DNA of 64,000 nt from an uncultured cyanobacterium (lineage in GTDB: Bacteria > Cyanobacteriota > Cyanobacteriia > Pseudanabaenales > Pseudanabaenaceae). Positions 1-8,961 of this stretch are shown here, piece by piece. The notes beneath the pieces are model-generated. The model saw only the letters and a list, made by a program, of their open reading frames with translations, had not been told where the DNA came from and made no database searches. Made by a program: the position numbers and the translations under genes. The first letter of the stretch is position 1; each line of letters opens with the position of its first letter. The stretch lies in contig OY969811.1 in the NCBI GenBank assembly GCA_963703315.1, forward strand, positions 3,392,001 to 3,456,000, read 5' to 3'.

Positions 1-711
1 GATCCTAATCCGAAAGTGAGAATTGCGGTACTCAATGGCTTGGGACAAAATAAGGTACAGAAGAGCCTCGATTTGATTAAGCCCTTCATCAAGAAAGGCG
101 ATCCTAGTTACAATGTGGAAGCGACCGCCGCTAGATTAATCGGTGATCTTGCACAGGCTCTCAGTGCCGAACGCGAACCTTCCAAAGTGGTGAAACTTCT
201 GCAAACAGTTCTCAAAGAGCGGGCTGGTTGGAATGAAGTTGTGCGTTCAGGCGCGATCGCTGGTTTAGCCAAAATCAAAGATTCCGATGAGGCTCTAGAA
301 ACAATCATCAAATATACGGAACCTGATGTCTCACAGCCTTTGCGCCTTGCTGCAATTAGAGCATTAGGTGCGATCGCGAAATCTCAAACTAAACCGAAAA
401 CGGAGCAGATTCTTAATCGTTTAAAGGTAATCTCTCAGGAGACATTCTTTTTAACCCAAGTTGCGACTGTTGCTGCTTTGGGACAAATCGATAATGCTGG
501 TGCAATTGGCGTATTGCGATCGCTTTCTGATTCCACACCCGATGGCAGAGTCCGCCGCGCCGCCGATGAAGCGATCCAACGAGTCCAAAAGGCGATCGGT
601 AAAGATGCAGGATTGAAGCAACTGCGCGAAGAACTCGATCAACTTCGCAAGGATAATCAAGATCTGAAGAGTCGATTAGAAGCGATCGAAGCAAAATCTA
701 AACCTGCCTAA
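1..711 (+). CDS. pepN: C-terminal part of an M1-family aminopeptidase N with HEAT repeats and coiled-coil tail (5'-truncated by the window)
   Basis: HEAT-like helical repeats (PSYNVEATAA, GWNEVVRSGAIAGL, LRLAAIRALG, DGRVRRAADEA) plus a terminal coiled coil, as in cyanobacterial PepN; catalytic domain lies outside the window. Confidence 0.7.
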   Translation, partial: DPNPKVRIAVLNGLGQNKVQKSLDLIKPFIKKGDPSYNVEATAARLIGDLAQALSAEREPSKVVKLLQTVLKERAGWNEVVRSGAIAGLAKIKDSDEALETIIKYTEPDVSQPLRLAAIRALGAIAKSQTKPKTEQILNRLKVISQETFFLTQVATVAALGQIDNAGAIGVLRSLSDSTPDGRVRRAADEAIQRVQKAIGKDAGLKQLREELDQLRKDNQDLKSRLEAIEAKSKPA

Positions 712-744
712 ACAAAAAGACATTGCAGATGTTCTATTTGCAAC

Positions 745-773
745 AGAAGCAAGTTGCGGCGCAACTTGCTTCT
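745..773. terminator. Palindrome between convergent genes; collapsed member of the dispersed hairpin family
   Basis: AGAAGCAAGTTGCG-G-CGCAACTTGCTTCT; arms resemble the hairpin at about 34915. Confidence 0.6.
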
Positions 774-797
774 ATTTCTATGTCCGAAGCGCGATCG

Positions 798-2408
798 CTA
801 CTTCACTTCTTGCAGATCTTTCTCGACTGACTGAACTTTGGGCTGAAGTACAGGAGGATTGGCGAGATAATCTGCAAGTTGGGCTTCAATTTGTTCGCGC
901 ACAATCGAACGATATTCAAGGAAATGCTCTCCTTGAGCGCAAACGGATAGATAGCTGGTGACCACATTTGGATAGCGCTTCATCAAATCAAATAAATTAA
1001 TCCAGAATTGGAAACGGGTTTTACGAACGAAACCTTGTCGCCATGCCAAAGTTAGCAATGCTTTGATCGTAGTCCAATCGATCTTTTTCTTTTGATCGGT
1101 TTTTTCTCGCTTGATGCGCTTGTATGGAGATTCACCAAGAATCAAGAAATGACGATAGGTACGATTGAGAAATACTAATGGATCATAAAGTGTCCAGAAA
1201 GCATGAACATATTCCGTCGCAATATCTTCCAATGGACGAGTGGGCATGAAATTCATCAAAGTAGTTTGATGCCCATTGCTATTCTGGGTAATCATGCGCC
1301 CTTCTTTATTTAAACGATGCCATAAACCAGTATCAGGTAAAGCTTGCAGCATACTGAAGAGAGCCGTAGGAACCGCCGTCAGTTCTACAAATTGGACAAT
1401 GCGATCGCCTGCACCTTTCTTCTCACCATCAAAGCCGATGATAAATCCTGCCATCACCCGAATCCCTGCTCTGGCGATATTGATTACCGATTCTGAGAGA
1501 GGATCGCGATTGTTTTGGAACTTCTTGGTAAGCGCTAAACTATCAGTATCAGGGGTTTCAATGCCGAGGAACACCGAACCAAAGTTACATTCCACCATCA
1601 TCTGCATCATTTCAGGATCTTGAGCAAGATCCACCGATGCCTCGGTAGCAAAGGAGAAGGGATAATTACGCTCCTTCATCCAAGGCTTTAGCTCTTGGAG
1701 CATTACTTTCACATTGCGCTTGTTGCCGATGAAGTTATCATCCACCATAAAAATACTGCGTCTCCAGCCAAGATCGTAGAGACATTGCAATTCCGCAAGA
1801 ATCTGAGCAGGAGTCTTGGTGCGAGGCTTACGTCCATAGAGAACGATGATGTCGCAAAATTCACATTGGAAGGGGCAACCGCGAGAAAACTGCACGGACA
1901 TTTCCGCATAGCGGTTCATTTCTAATAGATCAAATCGCGGGATAGGCGTATCAGTAACCGCAGGTTTTTCACCATTGGCTCTCAGAATACCTGTGCGATC
2001 GCCTCTTTCGATCGCTTCGACAAACATTGGCAAGGTAATTTCGCCTTCATCCAAAATTAAGAAATCTGCCCCTGAAACTTTTGCCTCTTCAGGTAAAGCG
2101 GTGGGATAAGGTCCCCCAACTGCAACTAATTTGCCACGTTTTTTCGCTTCTTGGATTTGGGCTAAGAAATCTGTCTTTTGGACGATCATTGCTGACAGTA
2201 TTACCACTTCTGCCCATTCCCATTCGGCTTCGGTGATATCGCGCACATTGCGATCGACTAATTTAAATTCCCATGTTTGAGGCAAGATCGCGGCAACTGT
2301 GACCATGCCAAGGGGAGGAAGCTGAGCCTTATAACCAACTAATTCCAGTGTTTTCTCAAACGACCAAAAGCTTTTTGGAAATAACGGATAGACGAGTAAA
2401 ACACGCAT
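798..2408 (-). CDS. B12-binding radical SAM protein with C-terminal DUF4070-type domain (HpnP/BchE-like class B family)
   Basis: N-terminal PPLG and GGPYPT cobalamin-binding motifs; SRGCPFQCEFC CxxxCxxC; VDDNFIGN. Confidence 0.85.
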   Translation of the reverse strand: MRVLLVYPLFPKSFWSFEKTLELVGYKAQLPPLGMVTVAAILPQTWEFKLVDRNVRDITEAEWEWAEVVILSAMIVQKTDFLAQIQEAKKRGKLVAVGGPYPTALPEEAKVSGADFLILDEGEITLPMFVEAIERGDRTGILRANGEKPAVTDTPIPRFDLLEMNRYAEMSVQFSRGCPFQCEFCDIIVLYGRKPRTKTPAQILAELQCLYDLGWRRSIFMVDDNFIGNKRNVKVMLQELKPWMKERNYPFSFATEASVDLAQDPEMMQMMVECNFGSVFLGIETPDTDSLALTKKFQNNRDPLSESVINIARAGIRVMAGFIIGFDGEKKGAGDRIVQFVELTAVPTALFSMLQALPDTGLWHRLNKEGRMITQNSNGHQTTLMNFMPTRPLEDIATEYVHAFWTLYDPLVFLNRTYRHFLILGESPYKRIKREKTDQKKKIDWTTIKALLTLAWRQGFVRKTRFQFWINLFDLMKRYPNVVTSYLSVCAQGEHFLEYRSIVREQIEAQLADYLANPPVLQPKVQSVEKDLQEVK

Positions 2409-2545
2409 TATTTATAGTTGGGGTTTATTTTTAATTAATTCTGAACTGTACATATTATAAGACGACTAATCTGCTTATACCAAAACACAAAATGGCGTAG
2501 CCATTTTGTGTTTTAACACCTTTACTGGGGTTGTTTTTTAATTTA

Positions 2546-2753
2546 TAGCCATAGCCAAGCAAGTTAAGATATAAAACCCAAAAATAGAGTTGCGGCACGA
2601 AGCGCCGCAACTCTATTTTTGGGTTTTGGTTTTGTTCTACTCCCTTCCCACTAAAAGAATAGGTGTTGTAAAGTGAATAATTAGTGGTGCGCGGCTCCGC
2701 CGCGCACCACTAATTATTCACTGGGAAGGGAGTAACATAACTGACTAGAGCTA
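2546..2753. mobile_element. MITE family B copy carrying a 93-bp insertion
   Basis: Matches the uninterrupted 111-bp copies at 8382-8492 and 16152-16262; TA on both sides. Confidence 0.8.
2640..2732. mobile_element. 93-bp MITE with CTCCCTTCCCA terminal inverted repeats and TA duplication
   Basis: TA|CTCCCTTCCCA...TGGGAAGGGAG|TA; internal long hairpin with GCTCCGC centre; absent from the sister copies of the host element. Confidence 0.8.
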
Positions 2754-2800
2754 TACAAAGGTGTGCCAACACTTTTGTGAATTGGTATAACTGGGATAGC

Positions 2801-2950
2801 TATAGGATACGTGTAAAAACCTGCAAGATGACCTTTAAAGCCATGGAGAGAGTAGATTTCAAAAATATAATTTTTAGTTTTTCGGGCGAAAAACTAACGA
2901 CATAATAAGTACTTGAGCGCGATCTTGCGGGTTTTTACACGTATCCTATA
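2801..2950. mobile_element. 150-bp MITE with 29-bp terminal inverted repeats
   Basis: TATAGGATACGTGTAAAAACCTGCAAGAT ... ATCTTGCGGGTTTTTACACGTATCCTATA, one mismatch; no ORF inside. Confidence 0.75.
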
Positions 2951-2977
2951 GCACCCCCTAATAGGGTGCATAGTAAG

Positions 2978-3020
2978 CTAACAAAAAGGGGCAAAGATTA
3001 TCTTTGCCCCTTTTTGTTAG
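2978..3020. terminator. 21-bp perfect inverted repeat overlapping the tpsA stop codon
   Basis: CTAACAAAAAGGGGCAAAGAT-T-ATCTTTGCCCCTTTTTGTTAG. Confidence 0.7.
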
Positions 3021-6000
3021 GGAGATTTGTCTTCAGGCTTTTTGCAAGTGGGAATGGAAGTTGTCTGGGTAATTGCGAGGGAAGGATCAAGGCAGAGAAC
3101 CTGTGAGAAACTTAGTTCTAGATCTTGCTCGTCTAATCTGGAAGAGCGCACTTCTAAATTCTCACGGCTAGGAAATACACCACCAAATCCATTGGCAACT
3201 TTCTGGGTTGCGGGTAAAGCAGAATTGGTCAGTGAAAATGATGCGGGGGTAAATCCAGTTGCTGTCGCTGCAACTGTGTAACTACCTGAAACTCCATTTG
3301 CGGTAAATGCAGGAGCTACGGCAATACCGAGATTATTGGTTAGTACGTTAGCACTACCCGCAAAAACACCACTGGCTCCGCTAGATGGTGGAGCAAAGGT
3401 AACGAGAATATTTGGTGCAGGAATTGGGCTATTCACGAAGTTTTCGGTGACTTGCACGCCTAGAGGCTGCGCGAAGCTGGTGTTGCCATCTGTACTCTGG
3501 GGTGTGGTGTTGGCTAGGGGCGTGAGGCTAAAGCCTTGAGATTCAAATGCACCAATATCGACAGTGCCACCAAAGATACGGGTTGCGCCGCGTTGATCGG
3601 TAGCTGCGACACCTGCGTTATTGCCTGCATTTAAGGCAAGGCTATTGGGTAAAAGGGCATGGGTTTGGGTTGTGCCGCCATAGTTGCCGAGGGGTGCGAG
3701 TTGGGGATTGATGGGTGCGGAGATCGTGCCGATGAGGGAGCTATTGGCAAATGTGGCGGCAACGCCATCATTTGCACCGATTAAATTATTGCCGCCATTG
3801 GCAAAAACTCCCATGTTAGTAATACTCAAGTCCTGAACTGTCGTACCTTTAAAGTTACCCGCCACAATCGAGTTGGTAATCGTAAATGTGCCTAAATTAC
3901 TGACAATCCCGCCACCAGTGCCTGTGCCATTGTTATCAGCATCGGCAGTATTGTTGGTAATCGTGCTGTTGGTGCTTGTGCCTCCACCACTGTTGATAAA
4001 AATCCCACCACCATTACCATTAGTCCTATTACCCGACACAGTGCTATTGGTGAGCGTCAACAAGACTCCTCCACCGTTAACAATCCCACCACCATTATTA
4101 GATGTATTACCCGACACAGTGCTATTGGTCAGAGTCACGCCTGCACCGCCAAAAATCCCACCACCAGAACCATTAGTAGACGTATTACCTGACACAGTGC
4201 TATTGGTGAGCGTCACGGCTCCATTGCCATTAATCCCACCACCATTAAATCTAGCCGTATTAGCCAACACATTGCTATTGGTGAGATTCACGGCTCCACT
4301 GCTATTAATCCCACCACCAGAACCATTAGTAGACGTATTACCCGACACAGTGCTATTGGTGATTGTCACGGCTCCATTGCTATTAATCCCACCACCAGCA
4401 CCACCAGCAGCCGTATTACCCGACACAGTGCTATTGGTGAGCGTCACGGCTCCATTGCTATTAATCCCACCACCACCACCACTCATACCAGCATTAGCCG
4501 TATTACCCGACACAGTGCTATTGGTGAGCGTCACGGCTCCATTGCTATTAATCCCACCACCACCACCAAAATCAGCCGTATTACCCGACACAGTGCTATT
4601 GGTGAGCGTCACGGCTCCATTGCTAAAAATCCCACCACCACCACCAAAATCAGCCGTATTACCCGACACAGTGCTATTGGTGAGCGTCACGGCTCCATTG
4701 CTATTAATCCCACCACCATTACCAGCAGCATTCCCATTTCTAATCGTGACACCATCGATCGCGAGAGGCACATTTGTAACATTAAAAATCCGACTATTGG
4801 CATTGCCATCAATAATTGTATTAGTGCTGCCATTGCCACTAATCGTAAGAGCTTCGGTAATTGTAATCTGTCCACTCGTAAGGACGATCGCTATACCATT
4901 GAGACTTGGGTTAAACCGAATCTCATCAGCACCTGCGGCAGCATTAGCCGCCACTATTTGATTTCTCAAAGAATCTGCGCCCGCATCATCAGTATTCAGT
5001 ACCGTAAAAATCGCTAGAACATTCTGATAAGCATTCGTCGCCGCATCATTAAAAATCACCGTCGCAGGATTCAGACCAGTCTGATATTCCAGATTCCAAT
5101 CACCACCGAGCGCCACCGCCCCCGTGCGATTCGTCGAAGCCGCCACATCATGCCCCGTATAGTTCTTCACCGCCTGAACCAGCGCCGCCCCATTATCGCC
5201 ATTGGCTAGATTACAGGCATAGAGCAGAATATTCGCCGCAGGAGATAGAGAAGTCTTCCAAGCTTGGAGATCATTGGCGTACTTAGCAATGTTCTCAGAA
5301 CTAACAAAATCCTTACCCAGCCAGAAATTACCAGCATCCCCCTCAGAGACAATATGCAAACTATTTGCACCCGTGACACTAGCCAAAGTTGCCGTCACCT
5401 GAGCAATCCCAAACTGGTCAGGATTAATCACCGTCACACTGCTACCACCCTTAGTACCATCTAGTAAGGTTTGATAATTTTTAACCGTGCTGTCGATGAA
5501 TACAAAATTCCAACCCTGTTGGATATTAGGCGCATTCAAAGACGCTTGAGTGGTGTCGTAACGATTAGCAAGAATATTGATATTTGCCGCCGAGAGATTA
5601 CCCGTAGCGATCGCCTCTCCTGCTTGTGTCGGTGTAGTAATTCCTGTTCCTGCTAGCAAATTTGGCAAATCTATCCCCGTTATCGGCTTCGCATTGCCCA
5701 ATTCTTGTTGTGTAGCGATGGGTAGATCGAAACTCAGCACCCCACCTTCAGGCGTAATCCGTACATACTTGCCATCGGGTACTGCCACGATGTTGATTGT
5801 GCCATTAGCTGTAGCGATTGAACCTGTATTAATGACAATGCCACCAACTAAAGAAATACTCTGTCCTGCCGAAGCGGTGAGATTGCCTTGATTGAGAATT
5901 ACGCCAGAAGTTTGTCCTTGAGTCAGTGGCGATGTCGGACTAGTAAAAGCAAAGGCATTGGGAGTGCCAGTAAGATTTTGGAGATCGCTAGCACTGGTAT

Positions 6001-6472
6001 TCATCCCAAACCAACTATTCCCAACTTGGATTCCATTAGCTGTAGTAGCCGTAAAGGAAGCTGGTACGTTTAAACTGGCATTATTCCCAAAGATGATCCC
6101 TGCGGGATTCATGATGTAGAGATTAGAATTGCCGCCTGTCAGTTGGATGATTCCATTAATTACGGAAGGGTCGCCGCCCACGACACGACCGAGAATATTT
6201 TGAATATTTGGTTGGCTTAAAAAATTAGCAATTTGTCCTTGATTTAAGCCAAATTGCTGAAAGCTATGGAAGAGATTTGTGCCTGCTTGAGTTCCACCTG
6301 TAATGTCAAATTTCTGTCCATTTGGCAATATTACTGTGCCTGTTCCATCTGGTGCGGCGGTGATTGGTATTGATTGGGCTGTGACTGGCGCTGTCAGCAA
6401 TAGTGCTGGAGATAAGGCGATCGCTGTCCAAAACATTCTTAAAACTGACTTCATCATCATCTCCAACCACAC
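3017..6472 (-). CDS. TpsA-type exoprotein: filamentous haemagglutinin N-terminal domain, DUF4347-like domain, beta-helix repeats, choice-of-anchor-Q-like segment and Ig-like domain
   Basis: Signal peptide; NLFHSFQQF and MNPAGIIFG TPS motifs; VFIDSTV...LYACNLA...GGDWNLE; GGGI/TNSTVSGN repeats; DQRG..R...VDIGAFE. Start may be an ATG near 6460. Confidence 0.85.
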   Translation of the reverse strand: MWLEMMMKSVLRMFWTAIALSPALLLTAPVTAQSIPITAAPDGTGTVILPNGQKFDITGGTQAGTNLFHSFQQFGLNQGQIANFLSQPNIQNILGRVVGGDPSVINGIIQLTGGNSNLYIMNPAGIIFGNNASLNVPASFTATTANGIQVGNSWFGMNTSASDLQNLTGTPNAFAFTSPTSPLTQGQTSGVILNQGNLTASAGQSISLVGGIVINTGSIATANGTINIVAVPDGKYVRITPEGGVLSFDLPIATQQELGNAKPITGIDLPNLLAGTGITTPTQAGEAIATGNLSAANINILANRYDTTQASLNAPNIQQGWNFVFIDSTVKNYQTLLDGTKGGSSVTVINPDQFGIAQVTATLASVTGANSLHIVSEGDAGNFWLGKDFVSSENIAKYANDLQAWKTSLSPAANILLYACNLANGDNGAALVQAVKNYTGHDVAASTNRTGAVALGGDWNLEYQTGLNPATVIFNDAATNAYQNVLAIFTVLNTDDAGADSLRNQIVAANAAAGADEIRFNPSLNGIAIVLTSGQITITEALTISGNGSTNTIIDGNANSRIFNVTNVPLAIDGVTIRNGNAAGNGGGINSNGAVTLTNSTVSGNTADFGGGGGIFSNGAVTLTNSTVSGNTADFGGGGGINSNGAVTLTNSTVSGNTANAGMSGGGGGINSNGAVTLTNSTVSGNTAAGGAGGGINSNGAVTITNSTVSGNTSTNGSGGGINSSGAVNLTNSNVLANTARFNGGGINGNGAVTLTNSTVSGNTSTNGSGGGIFGGAGVTLTNSTVSGNTSNNGGGIVNGGGVLLTLTNSTVSGNRTNGNGGGIFINSGGGTSTNSTITNNTADADNNGTGTGGGIVSNLGTFTITNSIVAGNFKGTTVQDLSITNMGVFANGGNNLIGANDGVAATFANSSLIGTISAPINPQLAPLGNYGGTTQTHALLPNSLALNAGNNAGVAATDQRGATRIFGGTVDIGAFESQGFSLTPLANTTPQSTDGNTSFAQPLGVQVTENFVNSPIPAPNILVTFAPPSSGASGVFAGSANVLTNNLGIAVAPAFTANGVSGSYTVAATATGFTPASFSLTNSALPATQKVANGFGGVFPSRENLEVRSSRLDEQDLELSFSQVLCLDPSLAITQTTSIPTCKKPEDKSP
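4031..4720 (-). repeat. Nine tandem about 78-bp intragenic repeats
   Basis: Anchor ACCCGACACAGTGCTATTGGT or a variant at 4031, 4109, 4187, 4262, 4340, 4418, 4505, 4583, 4661. Confidence 0.9.
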
Positions 6473-6606
6473 ACCAAAATTTTACTGAGACTTAACAATA
6501 CAAATTTATACTATATTTCCGTAAAATTCCCATAAAATATTTGATTGTGACTGAAATGTGCTAACGTTTTGACTGTCAGTGAGGAATCAATGTAAAAATA
6601 AGAACT

Positions 6607-8325
6607 ATGCGCCCAAAAATAGCGGAATCAAAGGTCAATCTCGAAAGGATTTATTCAGTATTATTAGGGCTTTCTACCCTTGCATTAGTAGCAACAGATT
6701 GCGGGTTATCGGTTAACGCCAAGCCAGTTTCCTCAGAGTTAACATCTTCACTATCAACTAGTTCTGTTTCCTCAAAAGAATCCGTTTCTTCTTCTCTGAC
6801 TTCTGACTCTGCAATTACTCAAATTCAAATTGCTCAAGCAATTCCAATTAAAAAAATCGAAGTTACTGGCAGCACAGTTTTCGATGCCGAAAAACTCGAC
6901 CTGATCATCAAACCCCTTGAAGGCAAAGCAGTCACTGAAGAACAATTAACAGCAGCAGCCAATGCCATTACCCAACTGTATGTCAGTAATGGCTATGTCA
7001 CTTCTCAAGCTCTGTATACTCCACAAAGTATCGTTGATGGCGTTGCCAAGATTCAGGTTTTAGAAGGAAAAGTCGAAAAAATCGAAGTTGTCGGCGTTAA
7101 TGCACTTAATCCTGACTACGTGCGATCGCGAACTGAACTAGGAATTGGTAATCCCCTCAACACCAATAACCTCGAAGATCAACTACGTCTTCTCCGTGCC
7201 GATCCTAATTTTACAAGCGTAGATGCGAGCCTCAAAGTAGGCAGCCAAGCTGGTTTGAGCATACTCACTATCACAGTTGTTGAAGCAAATCAACTTGCAG
7301 GTTCTGTCAGTTTTGATAACTTCTCTCCTCCTGCGGTTGGTTCTGAACGCATAGGCGCAGGGCTAAATTACCGCAATCTTTTTGGATTAGGAGATGTTTT
7401 CTCAGCCAATTACTACAGGACAACAACGGGTGGCTCTAACCAATACGATTTTGGTTTTAGCATTCCCGTCAACCCGATGAATGGAACTGTCTCACTTCGA
7501 TTTGCCCCTAGCAACTACCGCATTACCCAGTCACCATTCGATGTCTTCAATATTCGCGGCAACAGTGAAGTTTATGCTGCTAGCTATCGTCAGCCCCTAA
7601 TTCGCACTCCCCGTGAAGAATTTGCGCTGTCTCTAGGCTATGAATATCAAAGAGGTCAGACCTTCCTATTTAACGATCTTGCTGTACCATTTGGGATTGG
7701 AGCCGAAGCCGATGGGACTAGCCGCACCAGTGTATTTAAATTTGGGCAAGACTATACAAGTCGCGATACCGCAGGAGTTTGGTCATTGCGATCACAGTTT
7801 AGTCTCGGTACTGGGCTATTTGGTGCGACTTATGTGACTAGTCCTAGTGCAGCTTTCCTAAGCTGGTTGGGACAAATTCAACGAGTTCAGGTTCTTGGAA
7901 CTGACACAATTTTGATTGGTTCTTTAGATACTCAACTCTCGGCTGATCCACTTTTGCCATCACAGCAGTTTGTAGTTGGTGGTGGGCAATCAGTGCGCGG
8001 CTTCCGTCAAAATGCACGTTCTGGAGACAATGGTATTCGTCTTTCCTTGGAGAGTCGCTTTGTGATGGCCCGAAATGAAGAAGGTCGGACAATTTTTCAG
8101 TTAGCTCCTTTTGTCGATTTCGGCACAGTTTGGAACAACTCCAAAAATCTTAACGTGCTACCCAATCAGAACTTTTTAGCAGGTGGTGGTATAGGAGTTC
8201 TATTCGAGCCAATTAAACGACTCAACTTGCGTCTAGACTATGCAATTCCCTTTGTGAATCTTAGCGATCGCGGCTCTAATTTGCAAGAATCATCACTATA
8301 TTTCAGTATTGGTTACCTATTTTAG
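6607..8325 (+). CDS. TpsB (ShlB/FhaC/HecB family) outer-membrane transporter
   Basis: POTRA domain (ITQLYVSNGYVTS), VRGFRQN motif, C-terminal beta-signal ending in F; divergent from tpsA. Confidence 0.9.
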   Translation: MRPKIAESKVNLERIYSVLLGLSTLALVATDCGLSVNAKPVSSELTSSLSTSSVSSKESVSSSLTSDSAITQIQIAQAIPIKKIEVTGSTVFDAEKLDLIIKPLEGKAVTEEQLTAAANAITQLYVSNGYVTSQALYTPQSIVDGVAKIQVLEGKVEKIEVVGVNALNPDYVRSRTELGIGNPLNTNNLEDQLRLLRADPNFTSVDASLKVGSQAGLSILTITVVEANQLAGSVSFDNFSPPAVGSERIGAGLNYRNLFGLGDVFSANYYRTTTGGSNQYDFGFSIPVNPMNGTVSLRFAPSNYRITQSPFDVFNIRGNSEVYAASYRQPLIRTPREEFALSLGYEYQRGQTFLFNDLAVPFGIGAEADGTSRTSVFKFGQDYTSRDTAGVWSLRSQFSLGTGLFGATYVTSPSAAFLSWLGQIQRVQVLGTDTILIGSLDTQLSADPLLPSQQFVVGGGQSVRGFRQNARSGDNGIRLSLESRFVMARNEEGRTIFQLAPFVDFGTVWNNSKNLNVLPNQNFLAGGGIGVLFEPIKRLNLRLDYAIPFVNLSDRGSNLQESSLYFSIGYLF

Positions 8326-8381
8326 GAGGAAGTCGGGGTCAACGCACGAAATGGACAAATTGTCGAGTAACATTTTATTTA

Positions 8382-8492
8382 TAGCTATAGCCATTTTAGT
8401 TAAGACATAAAACCCAAAAGAGAGTTGCGGCGCGTAGCGCCGCAACTCTCTTTTGGGTTTTGGGTTTGTCCTAACATAACTGGCTACCGCTA
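8382..8492. mobile_element. MITE family B, 111 bp, TA-flanked
   Basis: TA|TAGC...GCTA|TA with central hairpin AAAACCCAAAAGAGAGTTGCGGCGC-GTA-GCGCCGCAACTCTCTTTTGGGTTTT. Confidence 0.8.
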
Positions 8493-8626
8493 TAATGTGC
8501 AGTCTGAAACATGAAAATGATGTTGCTCGGCAAACGTAAGCGCTTAGCCCGATGGCAACCAGCTTGATCAACTTGTATGATGATGGTACGGTCTGCAAAT
8601 TTCTCTGCTACAAGGTCAAGAAATAA
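8493..8626 (-). pseudogene. IS630-family transposase fragment (DDE region)
   Basis: Hand translation LFLDLVAEKFADRTIIIQVDQAGCHRAKRLRLPSNIIFMFQTAHY resembles the DxAxxH...FxPxYSPELNP segment; cut off at the MITE. Confidence 0.7.
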
Positions 8627-8961
8627 AGGCAAAAGCAAGGCACAGATATCTCAATATGTAGCGGTAGATAAATGCGCCTTACGACCTGCCTCCTATTCAT
8701 GGGGGAGCATGAACAACGAGGCATTACTGTAGAACTGGAATACGCATATTCCCTTGTATATAGCGTTTCACATTCTAATGAAGTATAGGATTATTTCCAT
8801 TCCTTCGGCGCGAAGACAATTTAATTTTATAAAACTTCTACCTATTCCCACAGACAAACAATAGCATATTTTTGAATAAATTGAATCATTGTCATAAAAA
8901 AACAGAGAGTTGCAGTGCTTTATATCACAACTCTCTGTATAACTATTTATAGCTATAAATT

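Larger units (their letters stand above)
2478..2787. mobile_element. Outer TA-flanked miniature element with two hairpins, interrupted by two nested elements
   Basis: TA|TACCAA...TTGGTA|TA ends; related fragments at about 39955-40008, 40514-40553 and 57198-57265. Confidence 0.6.

Noticed and set aside
798..2408. Calling the radical SAM gene hpnP
   Set aside because: The family includes many non-HpnP paralogues and there are no hopanoid genes nearby; needs a phylogeny
4031..4720. Regularly spaced repeats resembling a CRISPR array
   Set aside because: In-frame coding repeats; the intervening sequences are similar to each other; no cas genes
3873..4961. 362-aa Pro/Leu/Val-rich ORF on the + strand
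   Set aside because: Antisense shadow of the tpsA Gly/Asn/Thr repeats
8317..8598. 93-aa ORF, and the similar 15988-16215 ORF sharing PQLSFGFYVLT
   Set aside because: The shared peptide is just translation through the family B MITE
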